DNA of 64,000 nucleotides from the human T2T-CHM13v2.0 reference genome, Homo sapiens: NCBI GenBank assembly GCA_009914755.4, contig CP086569.2, positions 25,120,001 to 25,184,000 of the forward strand, read 5' to 3'. Shown piece by piece: positions 60,067 to 64,000 of this stretch (position 1 is its first letter; each line of letters starts with the position of its first letter). The notes under the pieces were generated by a model. It saw only the letters and a program-made list of their open reading frames with translations, ran no database searches and was not told where the DNA came from. The position numbers and the translations under genes were made by a program.

Positions 60067-60484
60067 TGTCTGCATTTGCTAACATTTCCTTTGATTTCTC
60101 CCAATGGTGACTCATTGTTTTCTGAATGAATTCTGCATATTTTGTTACAGTTATACTTAATGGATTCAATTTTGCAGGTAGTATTGTAAATGGTGTTTTA
60201 ATATTTCAAAATCCAATTATTTATATTCATTATTGCTGATATAGAGAAAATCAATTGAGTTTTGTATATTGACCGTCTTCTTTGCTTCCTTTTATCTCCA
60301 TTCTAGATATGGGAAGGTTGGCTGTATCTCACTTCCACTTCGTGAGATGACCGCCTGGATTAACCCACCCCAAATTTCAGAGATTTTCCAAGGCTACCAC
60401 CAGAGGGTGCACGGAGCTGATGCACTGAGCCTGCAAACCAACTCTCTGAGAAGCAGGTTATCTTCACAGTGCCTCGGACAGAGC

Positions 60485-60820
60485 TTCCTTCTCAGGACAC
60501 TCGAGAGAGGCCGTGGTTTCAGGGCACTTGGGGACATCTGTGGCCACGTTCATGAAGAAGACTAAGCCTACTTCATCTCAGGACCCGCCCAAGAGTGGCC
60601 GCGGCTTTGGGACACCTGGGGTCGGGTCCACCATGAGGATAAAACCTCCTTCTCTTCTGGACATGTCCAGGAGTGGCCGTTGCTACAAGTCACCTGGTGC
60701 TACGACCAGGGTGAGAATAAAGACGTCTCCTCAGGACCCTCCCAGGAGAGTACATGGCATTGAGACATCTGGCGGCCAAGTGAGGAAAAGACACCCTGTC
60801 TGCAGCACCCAGAACTGAGG
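60485..60820 (+). repeat. Four diverged tandem units of about 78 bp (TC.TCTCAGGAC.C.C.CAGAG.GG.CG..G.T...GGGACA.CTG.GG...ATGA.GATAAA.AC) inside a unique GC-richer block of about 750 bp; the frame stays open through the units (ORF 60513..60818)
   Basis: Units at about 60485-60571, 60572-60649, 60650-60726 and 60727-60820: tccttctcaggacactcgagagaggccgtggtttcagggcacttggggacatctgtggcc... / tcatctcaggacccgcccaagagtggccgcggctttgggacacctggggtcgggtccaccatgaggataaaacctcct / tctcttctggacatgtccaggagtggccgttgctacaagtcacctggtgctacgaccagggtgagaataaagacgtc / tcctcaggaccctcccaggagagtacatggcattgagacatctggcggccaagtgaggaaaagac. Unit 3 carries GGACATGTCC. Confidence 0.6.
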
Positions 60821-62337
60821 AGGGGCACTGCCCTGGGCCTTACTTCCCAGCCCTGGCCTCCAATTCTGACCTTACAAAAGTGTCCCTTGAGTGAGGCAGT
60901 GACCACGCATTGTCACAGCTACCAAAGTGTGGTTTGCAGATGATCTGGGCTTGTTTCTGGCGGAGATTCTGGTACAGAGAAAGGAGAGGCGCTGAGTGGA
61001 ACCACGATGGGCTGAGGCCAGGGGAGACATCGCAACCTCCAACAACACTTTTTTTCATGCTTTAATAACTCATTTTTCTTAGAGAACTAAAGTAGTTGAA
61101 ACAATATAGAAACATTTTTTAAGTAGGCATATTAGAACTTGAATTATTATGTAAGTTTAAATATATGATATATGCCTGGTTAGCAACATTTTTTCTTTTC
61201 CTGAGACAGTCACAGTTTAACTGAGAGTGCATTTGTAATGGTAATGTAAATGTCTGCTTTATACATATTGACATCCTACATTAGCTGAGATATACTAACA
61301 ATATCAAACTTTGATATTATGCCATAAAATTAGTTGAAGAATTCTGATCCAGATATGAGTGACAAATGGTCCATGACACATCCCTACTCAGGAGATCCTG
61401 AGAACATGTGCCCCAGGTGGTATGTTCACAGCCTACATTTATGCATTTTAGAGAGACCTGAGACATCAATCAAACACATGTAAGATGTACATTGGTTTGG
61501 TCCAGGAAGGATGGACAACTTGAAAATAGTGATGGTGTGGGGCTGGGCTTTCAAGTTACAGGTAGATATAAATATGTTTTAATTGGCAGTTGGCTGAAAG
61601 AGTTAAATTATTATCTAAAAACATAAAATCAATAGACAGGAATGACTGGGTTACAATAAATAATAAGGGCTGTAGAGACCAAAGTTTTATTATGATGATG
61701 AAGCCTCCATGTAGCAGGCTCGAGAAAATAGGTGGTAAATATTCCTTATCAGATTTAAGGTATGTGTTGCTGTTAGTGGTGGTCAGCTTTTTCTAAAGTT
61801 CAAAAGGGAATAGTATGTAATGAAGCATGTGTGTCCCTCTTTCTTGTCAGGAAGTGAAGCAATTTTGGAATGCTCTTGATCAAAAGGAGGGGTCCATTCA
61901 GATGGCTGTGGTTGGCGGGGGGACAGGAGAGTTAATTTTTTTTAACAAGTGTTTCATTTCTGTTTACAAAAGTATAACCTATTAAAGTGTTATAAATTAT
62001 AATTATCTAAGAGAAAAAAGGGATTTCTTAAATCTAAAAACATAGAAAATAACCTAACCCATCAAACCTTATGGATTTTTTTTTCTTTCTGTTTTTAAAG
62101 TTGCCAAGGATGCTTTGCTTGTAAGTCATATATTTGACCTGTTGACCATCTGGGTATAGTTCTGTTGCTTCTTCAAAAATTGTACCCAGCAACCTTCCAA
62201 AAGTGTTTTTAAGTAAATTTCTTAAATTGTAGCAATAAACAAAATGAAAAGACAATATTAAACATTACTGAGGTTTATCAAAGGACATACAAAATTTCAA
62301 CTCTTATTCCTTTCCTTCTTCTTCTCCTTTTATTTTT

Positions 62338-62583
62338 ATTTTGAGACAGGGTCTCATTCTTTTTCCCAGCCTGGAGTGCAGAAGTGCTATGATGGCTCAC
62401 TGCAGCCTCTAACTGCTGAGCTCAACTGATCTTCTGCCTTAGCTTCAGTTATCATATCTGGCTAACTTTTTGTATTTTTTGAGAGAGACAAAGACTTGCC
62501 ATGTTGCCTGGACCTGTCTTAAATGCCTGGACTCACATTATCTGCCTGCCTTGGCCTCCAAAAGTGCTGAGATTACAGGCATT
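62338..62583 (-). mobile_element. Alu (old, diverged)
   Basis: ttttgagacagggtctcattctttttcccagcctggagtgcagaagtgctatgatggctcactgcagcctctaactgctgagctcaactgatcttctgccttagcttc...ctggctaactttttgtattttttgagagagacaaagacttgccatgttgcctggacctgtcttaaatgcctggactcacattatctgcctgccttggcctccaaaagtgctgagattacaggcat. Confidence 0.8.
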
Positions 62584-62860
62584 AATATAACATTTATGTT
62601 AGGGTTAGATAAAAATCAATCTTTTGGCTAAGTTATGAACATGCATATTATGCAATTATATATGTCTAATTTTCATCATTTTCTATGTCAACATTACTCA
62701 TTTTAAAGTCATATTCAAGGGGTAAGGCAAAACCGCCTATGAATTGGCATATTTGTTTATTTCTCTGTTTGTGAAAATGTCCATAGTTTTTTCAGAATAC
62801 AAATAAATTTCAACTCTGTTATGCAAAAAAACAGAATAGAATCTTCTTTGCAATTAATTT

Positions 62861-63592
62861 TTTTCTTTTATTACTATACTTTAAGTTTTAGGGTACATGT
62901 GCACATTGTGCAGGTTAGTTACATATGTATACATGTGCCATGCTGGTGCGCTGCACCCACTAACTCATCATCTAGCATTAGATATATCTCCCAGTGCTAT
63001 CCCTCCCCCCTCCCCCCACCCCACAACAGTCCCCAGAGTGTGATGTTCCCCTTCCTGTGTCCATGTGATCTCATTGTTCAATTCCGACCTATGAGTGAGA
63101 ATATGCGGTGTTGGGTTTTTTGTTCTTGTGATAGTTTACTGAGAACAATGATTTCCAATTTCATCCATGTCCCTACAAAGGACATGAACTCATCATTTCT
63201 TATGGCTGTATAGTATTCCATGGTGTATATGTGCCACATTTCCTTAATCCAGTCTATCATTGTTGGATATTTGGGTTGGTTCCAAGTCTTTGCTATTGTG
63301 AATAATGCCGCAATAAACATATGTGTGCATGTGTCTTTATAGCAGCATGATTTATAGTCCTTTGGGTATATACCCAGTAATGGGATGGCTGGGTCAAATG
63401 GTATTTCTAGTTCTAGATCCCTGAGGAATCGCCACGCTGACTTCCACAATGGTTGAACTAGTTCACAGTCCCACCAACAGTGTAAAAGTGTTCCTATTTC
63501 TCCACATCCTCTCCAGCACCTGTTGTTTCCTGACTTTTCAATGATTGCCATTCTAACTGGTGTGAGATGGTATCTCATTGTGGTTTTGATTT
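62861..63592 (-). mobile_element. Young L1PA 3'-terminal fragment (about 730 bp, 5'-truncated) with target-site duplications
   Basis: ttttattactatactttaagttttagggtacatgtgcacattgtgcaggttagttacatatgtatacatgtgccatgctggtgcgctgcacccactaactcatcatctagcattagatatatctcccagtgctatccctcccccctcccccc...ggttttgatttc. Minus-strand ORF 63078..63662 carries the ORF2 C-terminus (…[76 protein letters not shown]…). Flanking repeats TTTGCAATTAATTTT (about 62846-62860) and CTGCGATTAATTTT (about 63593-63606). Confidence 0.9.
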
Positions 63593-64000
63593 CTGCGATT
63601 AATTTTATAGTTACCTTGCATACAGGGAATGTGCTGCCTATAAAAAATATGAACTGAACCACAGGCCTTAAACACTAAAAAAAATTTAAGAGTTTATTCT
63701 AATTTATTTTATCCTATAAATCAATTGTATTTATATACAATATAGAAAGTTCACAGCCATCAACAGTTCTACTGCAGTTTCAGGTGAAATGGGAATTTAG
63801 GAATTTCTGTGGAACTGTAGGCGCAGTGAAACATTTAGGTAAAATATGTGTATGCCTTTAGCAGCACTTGTGAAGGGACGTCTCTCAAATTAAACTCAAT
63901 GCATTTCTTCTCAGCAAAATGACCTGGGCCACTCTCCCTGGCTTTCACTGTTGTTGATGTTCATGCATGTTCTCTTTTTATCATTAATTTATGACTCTGA

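Overview
This window is primate (human-like) nuclear DNA, not a prokaryotic locus. It is AT-rich and dense in interspersed repeats: about 25 Alu copies, five primate-specific L1 (L1PA/PB) insertions, several ancient L1M fragments, a HERV-K-group env plus 3' LTR remnant, and microsatellites. The six-frame ORFs are mostly decayed L1 ORF1/ORF2 or retroviral env, chance ORFs, or translations of simple repeats. I found no operon, CRISPR array, rRNA or tRNA gene. All family assignments are by eye against consensus sequences recalled from memory. Coordinates are approximate to about 10-20 bp and no database search was possible.

The window reads best as mostly intronic or intergenic sequence in which young retroelements are nested into older ones. 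The points most worth a second look are:
- A 2.8 kb L1 at 9328-12135 with a textbook twin-priming 5' inversion and 16 bp target-site duplications. An L1 fragment at 4683-5088 carries a second twin-priming inversion.
- A betaretrovirus-like (HERV-K/HML) env plus 3' LTR fragment at 19541-22150, cut off upstream inside env and nested in an old L1.
- A near full-length 6 kb L1PA at 31968-37958.
- Two candidate spliced exons on the + strand at 2221-2322 and 50699-50814, each with one open frame and consensus splice sites.
- A four-unit tandem repeat of about 78 bp at 60485-60820 that keeps a reading frame open and contains a perfect p53 half-site palindrome.
- A closely spaced inverted Alu pair at 17108-17690.

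I see no evidence of a previously undescribed system. The candidate exons and the 78 bp repeat are the least-explained items.
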